Below, piece after piece: positions 36,144-45,607 of a DNA stretch of 56,875 nt. The stretch is from assembly GCA_023245995.1 (NCBI GenBank), contig JAHFJH010000004.1:1-56875 (forward strand). Reading direction: 5' to 3'. The stretch comes from Candidatus Doudnabacteria bacterium (GTDB lineage: Bacteria > Patescibacteriota > Doudnabacteria > UBA920). The notes below the pieces were generated by a model, which searched no databases, had not been told where the DNA came from, and saw only the letters and a program-made list of their open reading frames with translations. The position numbers and the translations under genes are program-made. How positions within the stretch are numbered: position 1 is the first letter of the stretch; each line of letters begins with the position of its first letter.

Positions 36144-36824
36144 ATGCAAGCAGTAATACTTGCCGCAGGCTATGGGCTCCGGCTTAAACCATTTACAGAA
36201 ACAGCACCAAAAGGTTTGGTGCCTGTTTTGGGTATTCCCCTACTTGAATGGACTTTAAAGAGCTTGCCAGAAACAACCCATGAAATAATTATTGTAATTG
36301 GCTGGCTGGGCGAACAAATAGAAAAGCATTTTAAAAATGAATTTAGAGGCATGCCCATTCGCTATGTTACTATGTCCCCCATAAACGGAACAGGCAGTGC
36401 ACTCCATACAGCAAAAGAAGCTTTGCATGGTAAGTTTTTAGTGGTAAACGGAGATGATATATATGCAAAACAAGACTTAACGGCTTTATCTAGAGTGCCC
36501 GACTGGGGCATGCTTGCAGTACAAACAACAAAAGCTATGGCGGGCAACTTAACTGTTAGCAATGGCGACATAACCAACATAGCGCGCGACGAGTCTAACA
36601 ACATTAAATGGCAAAACTGTGGCGCTTACTTTTTGGATACCGATTATTTTGCTCTACCACTAATTGGCATACCTGTGCGAGAAAAAACAGAGTACAGCCT
36701 GCCTCATACCATGATACAAAACAAACACACCCACCAAGTAAGCCTTGTAGAAGCGACCCAGTGGCTACCAATTGGCACCCCAGAGGAGCTTGCAAAAGCC
36801 TCCGAAATATTAGATAATACGTAA
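36144..36824 (+). CDS. sugar-phosphate nucleotidyltransferase (NTP_transferase family)
   Basis: MQAVILAAGYGLRLKPFT...PKGLVPV signature. Confidence 0.75.
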   Translation: MQAVILAAGYGLRLKPFTETAPKGLVPVLGIPLLEWTLKSLPETTHEIIIVIGWLGEQIEKHFKNEFRGMPIRYVTMSPINGTGSALHTAKEALHGKFLVVNGDDIYAKQDLTALSRVPDWGMLAVQTTKAMAGNLTVSNGDITNIARDESNNIKWQNCGAYFLDTDYFALPLIGIPVREKTEYSLPHTMIQNKHTHQVSLVEATQWLPIGTPEELAKASEILDNT

Positions 36825-36839
36825 GCAATTCTACCCCAT

Positions 36840-36915
36840 GGGTCGCTAGCTCAATTGGCAGAGCAGATCCCTCTTAAGGATAAGGTTCCGGGTTCGATTC
36901 CCGGGCGACCCACCA
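36840..36915 (+). tRNA. tRNA-Lys (anticodon CTT) with encoded CCA
   Basis: Acceptor GGGTCGC/GCGACCC, anticodon loop CTCTTAA, T arm CCGGG-TTCGATT-CCCGG. One G-A mismatch at 27:43. Confidence 0.9.
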
Positions 36916-36920
36916 ATATA

Positions 36921-36946
36921 AAATCCCGATATATCGGGATTTTATT
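36921..36946. terminator. bidirectional terminator (tRNA-Lys / end of pil operon)
   Basis: AAATCCCGAT..ATCGGGATTT with flanking A/T runs. Confidence 0.7.
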
Positions 36947-36959
36947 ATACGTAAAATAG

Positions 36960-37289
36960 TTACTTTGGAGGGACTTTTTTCTGAACTACTTGAAACGGAT
37001 TTTGTGTGGGCTCACTTGGTGGACTATATTCCGCACCGGTATGCACGCGGTCTAGAGCCTTGTTGTAACTTTCAAAATTTACGCGAGTACTTTTAGCGGG
37101 CTTAGCCCCAACATCGGCAAAATGTGAATTATATAAAGTTCTAAACACGCCCTGCAATGCCCAAACATCCGCGAAAATAACCAACAACAACAAAACAACC
37201 AACACCATGCGCGGAGCAGGACGTATCTTTTTTTGTACGCCATTTAATTTTGGCAAAGAAATTTTTTGTATGAGTGCTTTTATGTCCAT
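36960..37289 (-). CDS. hypothetical small membrane-anchored protein, last gene of pil operon
   Basis: 109 codons with one TM helix (MVLVVLLLLVIFADVWAL). Follows the pilO-like gene after 7 nt. Confidence 0.45.
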   Translation of the reverse strand: MDIKALIQKISLPKLNGVQKKIRPAPRMVLVVLLLLVIFADVWALQGVFRTLYNSHFADVGAKPAKSTRVNFESYNKALDRVHTGAEYSPPSEPTQNPFQVVQKKVPPK

Positions 37290-37296
37290 ATGGGCT

Positions 37297-37845
37297 TTAC
37301 TTCCTTAAATAAAAGTTCCCTATTAACGTTACGTTTATGCTGTCGCCAGAAGCCGCAGCAAGCGAAGCGCTTTTTGCGGTAAAGGTGTTGGGGAAATGTT
37401 CTAACCAGTCCAAAAAAGATACAGCACCGGAAAACTTGCCCCGCAGTTGCATGGTAAATGGTATAGAGTATAAGTCGCTTGCTGTTTTAGCTTTGGCTGC
37501 AGTTTGAGCTGTGCCAGTTACCGAAAAAGTAAACTCCAAACCAAACCTTCGTGCAGCACTCTCTACTTGGCTTAAATCGTTTACCAAGGAAATATCTTGG
37601 CTAAAAAAATCTTCTGGTGCTTTTTCTTTTTTTGCCAAATCTTGTAAGTCTTGTTTGGCTAACTCAATATTTTTTTGCTCTTGCCTCATTTCCACCACTG
37701 TCTTTTTTTGGTCCAACATAGCAGCTAGCTGGTTTGCATGTTTGTCACCAAGATACGGAAACACATAAGCAAACAAAACTAACATACCAACAAAAAATGT
37801 TGCAGTTGCAGTCGCTATTTTGACTTGATACTTAGGCTTGTTCAT
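37297..37845 (-). CDS. pilO: PilO-like type IV pilus assembly protein
   Basis: TM helix, a coiled-coil segment, and a C-terminal alpha/beta domain. Positioned after pilM/N. Confidence 0.55.
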   Translation of the reverse strand: MNKPKYQVKIATATATFFVGMLVLFAYVFPYLGDKHANQLAAMLDQKKTVVEMRQEQKNIELAKQDLQDLAKKEKAPEDFFSQDISLVNDLSQVESAARRFGLEFTFSVTGTAQTAAKAKTASDLYSIPFTMQLRGKFSGAVSFLDWLEHFPNTFTAKSASLAAASGDSINVTLIGNFYLRK

Positions 37846-37847
37846 GA

Positions 37848-39476
37848 CTATTTTAAGACGCTCTCATTAACGGTAAATGAGTAGTGAAAGTTTATATTTT
37901 CTGGCTTCGCTACATTTTCTAAAGGATAGTCTACGTTCATAAAATATCCAGTGTCTTCAGCAATTTTGTCGTGCAGTTCTATAACCAATTCGCGCGTTGG
38001 CGAAGAACCTGCCAAAAATACCTGTCTTTTGGTATTATCAACCGAAATATTTTGTACCTGCATACCCAGAGGCACAAGGCGCGCTATTTCTCTATACATG
38101 TTAGACCAACGTGGCGCAGCCCCTGCTAGAGTATTGTAGTCGGCTATATAGTTATTTACCAACCTTACCTGCTTCTTGTAAACTGCATTCTCCGGTTTGG
38201 CAGACTGTACTTGAAGCTGCTCTGTCTCTGTTTGCAAACTTTTTTGCGCCTGCACCAAATACACCCACACACCAACATATACTAAACCGACCACTGCAAA
38301 ACTTAGACCACCCAACACAAACAAACGCACAAGACTTGTATACCATGTACGTAAATAGAGTTGGTCTTGTTCTGGTCTTGGCAACAAATTTACTTCCTTT
38401 TTTGCTTGGTCTAAAAACGGCCGCATGGCAAGCCCAACAGCACCAGCGTATGCCAAAATTGCTCCATTGCCGAGTTTTTCAGGCACGTCCATGTGTATAT
38501 TTACCGTAGGGTCGGCTACCTGCACAGTTAAATTTGGTCTGTCGCTCAATGCTTCAGTTAAAAGCTCTGGTAAATGTTTAAGCCTAGCAGAACCGCCTAC
38601 TAAATATATTTTTGTAACTTGCGCTGCCGAATGTTGGTCGTGGAAAGCAAGCACTTGTTTAATTTCTGAAACAAATGAATTTACTACGGGCAACAAAAGT
38701 GTTTTAAGGTTTGGATACTCTTCGGTGTTAGCAAGACCCGCTTGCTCTTTTATTTCTTCTGCGCGCGCAGCTTCTACGTCTAAACCCTTGGCTATGGCCT
38801 CTGTGACACTAGCGCCTGCAATTGGAATTGTGGAAGTAAACTGAATATTCTCACGTTCTACCATGCTTAAGTCGGTACCTGTAGCCTTCATGTCTATAAT
38901 AAGCATGCTATTCTCTTCGCCAATAGGCACCAATGCTCTGGCCAAAGCCTGCGAGCCAACTTCAAGGGCAACAGGGGTTAGTCCTGCTCTTTTGACTGCA
39001 CGCAAGACTTGGTCTACAAAAACTTTTGGCGACGCAACAAGCAACAACTCTACCCGTCCATCTTTTTCACCCAAGCGTTGCCAGTCTAAGTACACTTGAT
39101 CTATGGGTATAGGAATATAGCTCTCTGCTTCAAAAGGCACGGCAGCGTCTATTTCGCTGTCCGACATGGGAGAGACATGTATAACGCGAACAAAACACTT
39201 AGCTTCTGGCAAGTTTACCGACACATCGCGCGTTGTGAACATGCCAAACGTCGGCTTTAAAAACAACTTTTCTAAGGTCGCAGCCAAACTTTGCTCGTCT
39301 ACCTTGCCGTCGGCTGTGACAATGGTTTTTGGAAGTGCAGACTCCGCAAACGCCTGCAGGTGCGCCTCTGCAAGACTTCCGGTAAGTTGCATAACGCGAA
39401 TATGCGCATCGCCTATAGCAACTCCTGCCGACTCGTGCTTTTCTTTAAATAAACTAATGTTAAATTTAAATTTCAT
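37848..39476 (-). CDS. pilM: fused PilM-PilN type IV pilus assembly protein
   Basis: N-terminal actin-like ATPase (LIIDMKATGTDLSMV, IYLVGGSARLKHL); a TM helix at about res 375-400; then a PilN-like periplasmic part. Confidence 0.8.
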   Translation of the reverse strand: MKFKFNISLFKEKHESAGVAIGDAHIRVMQLTGSLAEAHLQAFAESALPKTIVTADGKVDEQSLAATLEKLFLKPTFGMFTTRDVSVNLPEAKCFVRVIHVSPMSDSEIDAAVPFEAESYIPIPIDQVYLDWQRLGEKDGRVELLLVASPKVFVDQVLRAVKRAGLTPVALEVGSQALARALVPIGEENSMLIIDMKATGTDLSMVERENIQFTSTIPIAGASVTEAIAKGLDVEAARAEEIKEQAGLANTEEYPNLKTLLLPVVNSFVSEIKQVLAFHDQHSAAQVTKIYLVGGSARLKHLPELLTEALSDRPNLTVQVADPTVNIHMDVPEKLGNGAILAYAGAVGLAMRPFLDQAKKEVNLLPRPEQDQLYLRTWYTSLVRLFVLGGLSFAVVGLVYVGVWVYLVQAQKSLQTETEQLQVQSAKPENAVYKKQVRLVNNYIADYNTLAGAAPRWSNMYREIARLVPLGMQVQNISVDNTKRQVFLAGSSPTRELVIELHDKIAEDTGYFMNVDYPLENVAKPENINFHYSFTVNESVLK

Positions 39477-39500
39477 TTACGTAGATAACTGCAAACAATA

Positions 39501-40715
39501 TTATTGTATAGTAGACCCAATATTATAAATAGGAATAATAAGCGCGTACGCCAACGCACCAACCGCCCCACCAATTACCAACAACAACAACGGTTCAATT
39601 ATAGAAGACATATTTTTTAAAGTGGCGTCTATTTGCGTTTCGTAGTGTGTTGCGATTTGTTCTAAAATAGTTTCTAAGGCACCTGTCTCCTCACCGACTT
39701 CTAACATTTGTACAATAAGAAAAGGAAATAAACGGTCATGCGTCTGAAGCACCTCGGTTAACGACTTGCCTACTTTAACTTGCTCTGCAGTCGCTAAAAT
39801 TGCTTCTTTATAGAGTGTGTTTGGTATAGACTGCGCAGAAACAGTCAAAGACTGGACTATGGGTATACCACTTTTAAGCAAAGAAGAAAGCACCCGAGTA
39901 AAGCGAGCAATATTTATTTTAATAGTTAGTGGACCAATCCCCGGAACAACTAAAGACACGCGGTATAGCACCGCTTTGCCAGTCTGGGTCCGCAAACCAA
40001 ATACCACAGCCCCAACTGCTAGGACCAAGCCCAACACTACTAGTATGGCATGACCTGCCATAAAATCGCTAAAGCCAACAACCACACGCGTAGCAAAAGG
40101 CAAGCTTGCGTTAAACTCTTTAAAAACAGAAGTAAGCTTAGGCAAGACAAAAATTGACATTATTACGGTAATAATTACAATAGCGCCAATTATTACCGAA
40201 GGGTAAATCATGGCTCCGCGCACCCGACTGCGCAAGTCGGCTTCACGTTCTAACTGCACTCCTAGCTGTTGTAAACTTGTTTCCAAATTTCCAGAAAGTT
40301 CCCCGACTTGGATCATGCTTATAAAAATATCTGAAAATACGTTTGGGTACGCACTCATGGCTTCGTACAACTGGCTTCCGTTTTCCACAGCCGCTTCCAA
40401 ACCCTCTAAAACCTTTACGAACTTTTTATTCTTGCTTTGTTTAGCCAAAATGCGCATACTCCGAGACACAGGAATACCACTTTTAAGCATGAGCTCTAAA
40501 TTTTCTACAAAAGTCAATTTTTCTCCAAGCGGCACTCCTGAAAATGTATGCAAAAATGCAAAATGGTCACTACTTTCACTAACCTCTTGTAACTTTACTG
40601 GGGTTAAACCCTGCTCTTTAAGCTGATGCCCAACCGAGAGCGCAGTTGCACCACTCGCAGTTCCCTGTTCGCGACTACCGTCTTGTTTTAAAGCTGTATA
40701 TGTAAACTTAGGCAT
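39501..40715 (-). CDS. pilC: type IV pilus platform protein PilC (GspF family)
   Basis: 404 aa with two T2SSF repeats and 3 TM helices. Confidence 0.9.
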   Translation of the reverse strand: MPKFTYTALKQDGSREQGTASGATALSVGHQLKEQGLTPVKLQEVSESSDHFAFLHTFSGVPLGEKLTFVENLELMLKSGIPVSRSMRILAKQSKNKKFVKVLEGLEAAVENGSQLYEAMSAYPNVFSDIFISMIQVGELSGNLETSLQQLGVQLEREADLRSRVRGAMIYPSVIIGAIVIITVIMSIFVLPKLTSVFKEFNASLPFATRVVVGFSDFMAGHAILVVLGLVLAVGAVVFGLRTQTGKAVLYRVSLVVPGIGPLTIKINIARFTRVLSSLLKSGIPIVQSLTVSAQSIPNTLYKEAILATAEQVKVGKSLTEVLQTHDRLFPFLIVQMLEVGEETGALETILEQIATHYETQIDATLKNMSSIIEPLLLLVIGGAVGALAYALIIPIYNIGSTIQ

Positions 40716-40795
40716 TTTGTAGCTTGTAACTTATAGCTTGCCAATTATCAGCTTCAGACCCTAGAAGCTAGCACCTAGTAGCTATAAGCTATTAT

Positions 40796-42544
40796 TTATT
40801 CTTTTGACACTCTCAAAACTTCGTCTATAGTGGTCGTGCCTTGCAAGGCTTTAATGAATCCGTCTTGCCACATTAAAATCATTCCCGCTTTTTGCGCGGT
40901 TTCCTGAATTTCCTGCGCACTTTGTTTTTGAATAATGCCGTTGGCAATTTCTTCGGTTACTTCCATGAGTTCATGTATGCCTATGCGTCCTTTATAACCC
41001 GTTGGGCCGCACTTGTCGCAACCTTTGGCTTTGCGAAATTCCAAATCTTCAAAACTCTTTGCGCCTTTTTTCACCATTCCTCGTTTTTCATACAAGGCAA
41101 ACATTTTTTCTAAGTCAAACTCGCGAGCCAAAGTTTCTAGCAATGGTTTATCTGGTTTAAACGGCTCGTTACACTCTGGACACAAAACCCGTACCAAACG
41201 CTGGGCCATAACTGCGTTAGTGGTAGAGGCTATTAAATAAGCCTCAACACCAATGTCGAGTAAACGAGGCAAGGCGCTTGCAGCCGAGTTGGTGTGGAGT
41301 GTGGTTAGCACTACGTGTCCTGTCATGGCCGCATGCACTGCTTCTTCGGCAGTTTCTTTATCGCGCACCTCACCAATCATAATAATGTTTGGGTCTTGGC
41401 GCAAAAGTGCACGCAAACCCAAAGCAAAGGTTAAACCAATTTTAGGGTTCACCTGCATTTGGTTGGCTCGTTCTATGCGATACTCTACCGGATCCTCTAT
41501 GCTGGAAATATTTACACTAGTGCTATTGAGTAAAGTCAAAATTGCATACAAGGTAGTAGATTTTCCGCTTCCGGTAGGGCCTGTAACTAAAAACATTCCG
41601 TGCGGCTTATGAATATTGCGAGTAACAATGTCCAACTGTTCCGGCAAAAAACCTAACTGCTCCAAACTCATGGCCTTGCTGGACTCGTCTAAAAGACGCA
41701 TAACCACTTTTTCTCCGTCAAAGACCGGAATAGTAGAAACACGCAAGGCGTACTTATAACCATCTTTTTCTACCTTAAACCGACCATCCTGTGGTAACCT
41801 ATGTTCGTCTATTTTTAAGTCCGCCAAAACTTTTATACGAGCCACTAAAGCTGGTTGTATCATTTTTGGTAAGGTCATGACGTCATGGAGTATGCCGTCT
41901 ATACGGTACCTTACAGTTACCGCTGTTTCTTGAGGCTCCACATGGACGTCTGAAGCTTTTTCAAAAATTGCATATTCCAAAAGCGTGTCCACCACCCGAA
42001 TAACAGGAACTTCCCCTGCCATTTTTTTAAGCCCTTCAGTCTCGTATGGCTTTGCAGATCCTGTCTTTATAGTTGGCTCACCGCCAACCAAATGTTTAAT
42101 CTCGCCCTCTAAGTTACTGTGATACTTAGCAAGACCAAAGTCTAAGCTGGTTTTACCAATAAGAAAAGCTATAATTGGTAAACCCGTCTTTTTTTGAATA
42201 AATTCTTTGGTTTGCAAATCACCAGGGTCTACCATAGCCAAGTGCAAGCCGTCTTTACCTTTAGCAAAACTAATAACCCTGTGCCTGTGCGCAATTGGTT
42301 CTGGTACTAACTGTAGTACCTCTTGCTCTATGTGTTCGTTCCTAAGGTCTACCCATGGAACTTTTAAAAGTTCGCTTTTTACTTGGAGCAGTTGTTCCTC
42401 TTTAACTCCGCCTTTTTCTAGCAACAAATCTTCCCAGTTGCCTTTAGAGGCAGCCGGGTCTTTTTGCAATGTGGCAAGCGTGTCTGCGCTTACAATTCTT
42501 TTTTGTTTCAGTAATTTTACTAAGTCTGGCGTGTCCATAGACAA
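40796..42544 (-). CDS. pilB: type IV pilus assembly ATPase PilB (GspE family)
   Basis: Walker A GPTGSGKST, Asp box, Walker B IMIGEVRD, His box TGHVVLTTLHTN, tetracysteine CPEC...CDKC. N-terminal GSPII_E_N-like domain. Confidence 0.9.
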   Translation of the reverse strand: MSMDTPDLVKLLKQKRIVSADTLATLQKDPAASKGNWEDLLLEKGGVKEEQLLQVKSELLKVPWVDLRNEHIEQEVLQLVPEPIAHRHRVISFAKGKDGLHLAMVDPGDLQTKEFIQKKTGLPIIAFLIGKTSLDFGLAKYHSNLEGEIKHLVGGEPTIKTGSAKPYETEGLKKMAGEVPVIRVVDTLLEYAIFEKASDVHVEPQETAVTVRYRIDGILHDVMTLPKMIQPALVARIKVLADLKIDEHRLPQDGRFKVEKDGYKYALRVSTIPVFDGEKVVMRLLDESSKAMSLEQLGFLPEQLDIVTRNIHKPHGMFLVTGPTGSGKSTTLYAILTLLNSTSVNISSIEDPVEYRIERANQMQVNPKIGLTFALGLRALLRQDPNIIMIGEVRDKETAEEAVHAAMTGHVVLTTLHTNSAASALPRLLDIGVEAYLIASTTNAVMAQRLVRVLCPECNEPFKPDKPLLETLAREFDLEKMFALYEKRGMVKKGAKSFEDLEFRKAKGCDKCGPTGYKGRIGIHELMEVTEEIANGIIQKQSAQEIQETAQKAGMILMWQDGFIKALQGTTTIDEVLRVSKE

Positions 42545-42707
42545 TAGTCTTGTACTTAAAAATACAAGCCTTTTTCTATATTTATTATACCATGAAAGTG
42601 TTGAGATTCACAGGAATTTGTAGATACTAAGAAATTTTTAGTACAAAACAATTAATCTCTACAAGTCTCAACCATTATCTAAGTCTCAAAACTAATTATT
42701 GCCTACT

Positions 42708-44018
42708 CTACCTCCCCCGCCAAGACAACACATAGTATATAGTTTTAAGCATAATTTCCAAGTCAAAAAGGAGCGACCGATGTTTTATGTAGTATAAGTC
42801 GTACTGCAGTTTAAGCTCGGTTTCTTCTTTAGTTGCTGCATATACGTCGTTTATTTGCGCCCACCCAGTAATGCCTGGCTTTACTGTATGGCGCTCGTCG
42901 TAAAAAGGAATACTGGCTCGCAGAGTTTCCACCAAATGCACTTGTTCCGGACGCGGACCGACCAAACTCATAGTACCTAAAAGCAAATTTATGCACTGCG
43001 GTAGTTCGTCTATACGGCTCATACGCAAAAACTTCCCAAAAGAAGTTATGCGTGGGTCGTTTATGCTTGTCCATGTGTTGCTTATAGGCCCGTTCATGGT
43101 GCGGTACTTATAGACCTTAAAAACCTTACCCCGGAGTCCTACTCTTTCTTGAATAAATAAAACAGGGCCCGAAGACGTTAGTTTTATAGCCAGAGCAAGT
43201 ATTGGAAAAGTTACAGCAAATACCAGTAAGCCGAACACGCCGCAAACAAAGTCTATAACTCTTTTAACTAATGCGTAAAACGGTTTCTGCGTATAGCTGA
43301 TATTTTCTAAAAACCACGCCTCGTGCACACGCGCAAGATAAACTCTGCGCAGTAGGTCTTCATAAAAAACCGTATGATTATAAAAACTTACGCCCAGCTT
43401 GCGCAGCTGGTAGACTCTTGCCAACACCTCAGGTTTGGCTTCTAAATTGCTGGGCAAAATTATCCCAAAACCTTGAGAAAATTGTACCGAAAACAATGTT
43501 TGCTCATTCAAGTGGCCCAGTACTTTAAAACCTAAATAGTCATGACGCTTAATTTCTTTTTCCAATTCTGAAAGCTCATTGTTAAACGAAAACAAATACA
43601 GCTCTTGAGTAAACTTATTCTTTAAAAAATACTTTACCAACAGGTGCCACAAAAGAAGCAGAAAAAAAGTAACCGTAACCAAAATTAACAACAAACGTCT
43701 TGGTGTTAGAATAAGCTCAGGCTGAAAGTAAAAGTAGGTAATGGCAACAAACACATTTACCGTCATACCTAAAACCAAATTAAAAAACAACACCGAGTAA
43801 CGCCTAAACGTTGCCACGTCAAATACATTATGTATAAACAACACCAAAAGCCACAAGAAAAACAACGGAGTAAAGGCCTGAACGTGTGTACTCCACACCT
43901 TGGATGTCGGCGCCAAACCATACCGGAGCAGAAGAGCCACATACAAACCCGCATACAACAAAACCGTATTCGGTAATACAACAAACCAAAAAATTGATAT
44001 TTTTTTAGACATAAACAT
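42708..44018 (-). CDS. polyprenyl-phosphate glycosylphosphotransferase (Bac_transf, WbaP-like)
   Basis: N-terminal TM block plus C-terminal RIDELPQ, SLVGPRP, KPGITGWAQI. Confidence 0.85.
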   Translation of the reverse strand: MFMSKKISIFWFVVLPNTVLLYAGLYVALLLRYGLAPTSKVWSTHVQAFTPLFFLWLLVLFIHNVFDVATFRRYSVLFFNLVLGMTVNVFVAITYFYFQPELILTPRRLLLILVTVTFFLLLLWHLLVKYFLKNKFTQELYLFSFNNELSELEKEIKRHDYLGFKVLGHLNEQTLFSVQFSQGFGIILPSNLEAKPEVLARVYQLRKLGVSFYNHTVFYEDLLRRVYLARVHEAWFLENISYTQKPFYALVKRVIDFVCGVFGLLVFAVTFPILALAIKLTSSGPVLFIQERVGLRGKVFKVYKYRTMNGPISNTWTSINDPRITSFGKFLRMSRIDELPQCINLLLGTMSLVGPRPEQVHLVETLRASIPFYDERHTVKPGITGWAQINDVYAATKEETELKLQYDLYYIKHRSLLFDLEIMLKTIYYVLSWRGR

Positions 44019-44029
44019 ACAAAATATAA

Positions 44030-44770
44030 CTACTCCTTAGTAAAGACAAAACAACCACACGCATAAGAGGAATTTTTATAGTCAGCTAAACGCGCGTCTG
44101 AAACAAAATTTCCCTCGTCGCTAATGGCTGAAAATTGCACTAGCTTAAGGCCGGAAAAATAACGAACAATTGTTTCTGGGTCATGTACTCTGTGTGCGTT
44201 AAAATAAGTGGCTGGTGTGCCAATGGGCAGTGCAAAATATAGTTTCCCACCAGGCGCCAATACTCGTGCTAATTCAATACAAGCTTTTTCTGTTCCAAAA
44301 GGGTCCAGCGCGTCTCCGTACCTGCCAAGACCAATATGCTCTGCAACATGTAAACAGGACAAGGAAGAAATCGAGTTGTCGACAAATGGCATAGTCAAAA
44401 TACTACCCTCACGAAAGGAGAAATTATCAAAATCCAACTTCACTGGTCGAATGTCTACAAATGTAGTTTTTGAAACTAATGAAGCAAACGAAAGAAAACG
44501 TATAGAAGAGCCAACGTCTACGTGCTCTGCTGGCCTAGCATAAAGGATTGCTTTACATGCCCACCTGTCCATGTAAACGTAGTGTTTGTCAAAAGTGTGT
44601 GCCTCTGGGTCTTTGTCAAAAACTTGCGGGAAAATTCGCATGGCTACTTTTGTCTTGCTCTGTCGCAACAATTTGCGATACAAAAACAGATCGCCCACAT
44701 ACCAAAAGGCTCCACGCATCAAATTTTTAACAAGTCGCCAAACTTTTTTTATTACTTTTTTTATAGACAT
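44030..44770 (-). CDS. SAM-dependent methyltransferase (DUF268-like)
   Basis: ...VDVGSS... and CLHVAEHIGLGRYGDALDPFG motifs. Confidence 0.5.
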   Translation of the reverse strand: MSIKKVIKKVWRLVKNLMRGAFWYVGDLFLYRKLLRQSKTKVAMRIFPQVFDKDPEAHTFDKHYVYMDRWACKAILYARPAEHVDVGSSIRFLSFASLVSKTTFVDIRPVKLDFDNFSFREGSILTMPFVDNSISSLSCLHVAEHIGLGRYGDALDPFGTEKACIELARVLAPGGKLYFALPIGTPATYFNAHRVHDPETIVRYFSGLKLVQFSAISDEGNFVSDARLADYKNSSYACGCFVFTKE

Positions 44771-44776
44771 AAAGCG

Positions 44777-45601
44777 CTAATTTAACCAAAGTAAAGATTT
44801 AATTTTCCTAAAAATACGCACACCAACTAGTGTAACCAAAAATAGCTGCAGGCTCCATTTAGTCCACGCGAACAACCAAAATGGATACTTACGTTTGTAC
44901 AAAACAGCAAGCTTTCTGCAACGCAAAACTTGCTCTCTATTATGAGTTAAAGTTACCCCTGAATTCGTAACACGATACATAGTAGACAGTTCTGGCAGGT
45001 TTGCAAGTTCGGCAATACCACCAAGCCGTAGCCATAAGTCGTAGTCCTCTACATGTCGCATGTTTTCGTTATAACCATTTAGCTTCCTTACAAGCGCTGT
45101 GCGCATAAGCACGCTACTGTGAACAAAAGTATTTCTAAAAAGCAATTGTCTCCTTATATCTGCATTTGAAACAGGCATATGAATGGCACCTACATTTTGT
45201 CCAGCTTCATTTATAACACGAGCGGACGTACCAACCAATCCGCACAACGGATTTGTTTCCATAAACGCAACTTGATGAGCCAACTTTGTATCTTCACACC
45301 ACGCATCGTCACCGTCTAATCTGGCTAAAAACTCTCCCCTAGTTTCCTGCAAACCATGGTTTAAGGTTGCGACCAAGCCTAAATTATGCAAGTGTCTTAA
45401 AACACGAATTCTCGATTCTTTTTTTTCGTACTCCAATGCTATTGCAAGTGTACTGTCTGCCGATCCGTCGTCTATAATTAAAAGCTCCCAAAAGACATAC
45501 GTCTGTTTTTGCACACTCTCTACGGCCACATCTAAAAACCTCGCCACATTATAAACAGGCATGAGAATAGTGACATTTGGAGTTCCGTAAAACATATGCA
45601 A
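44777..45601 (-). CDS. glycosyltransferase family 2
   Basis: VTILMPVYNVARFL...ELLIIDDGSAD...RLDGDD. Confidence 0.85.
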   Translation of the reverse strand: MHMFYGTPNVTILMPVYNVARFLDVAVESVQKQTYVFWELLIIDDGSADSTLAIALEYEKKESRIRVLRHLHNLGLVATLNHGLQETRGEFLARLDGDDAWCEDTKLAHQVAFMETNPLCGLVGTSARVINEAGQNVGAIHMPVSNADIRRQLLFRNTFVHSSVLMRTALVRKLNGYNENMRHVEDYDLWLRLGGIAELANLPELSTMYRVTNSGVTLTHNREQVLRCRKLAVLYKRKYPFWLFAWTKWSLQLFLVTLVGVRIFRKIKSLLWLN

Positions 45602-45607
45602 ATTCAG

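Noticed and set aside
38111-39528. Plus-strand ORFs of 78-139 aa antisense to pilM/N
   Set aside because: They are nested in a confidently assigned gene, and Ser/Ala/Thr-rich translations are typical of reverse frames.
40716-40795. Possible CRISPR-like or other spaced repeat array
   Set aside because: The repeats are 4-9 nt half-sites within 80 nt, not 25-40-nt repeats separated by spacers. No cas genes are present in the window, and no CRISPR array was seen anywhere.
42549-42575. Hairpin CTTGTA-CTTAAAAA-TACAAG as terminator between the sugar transferase gene and pilB
   Set aside because: The T-run lies on the plus strand, where no gene ends. On the relevant minus strand there is no U-tract, and the hairpin abuts the pilB start codon. 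Its role is unclear, so it is not called.
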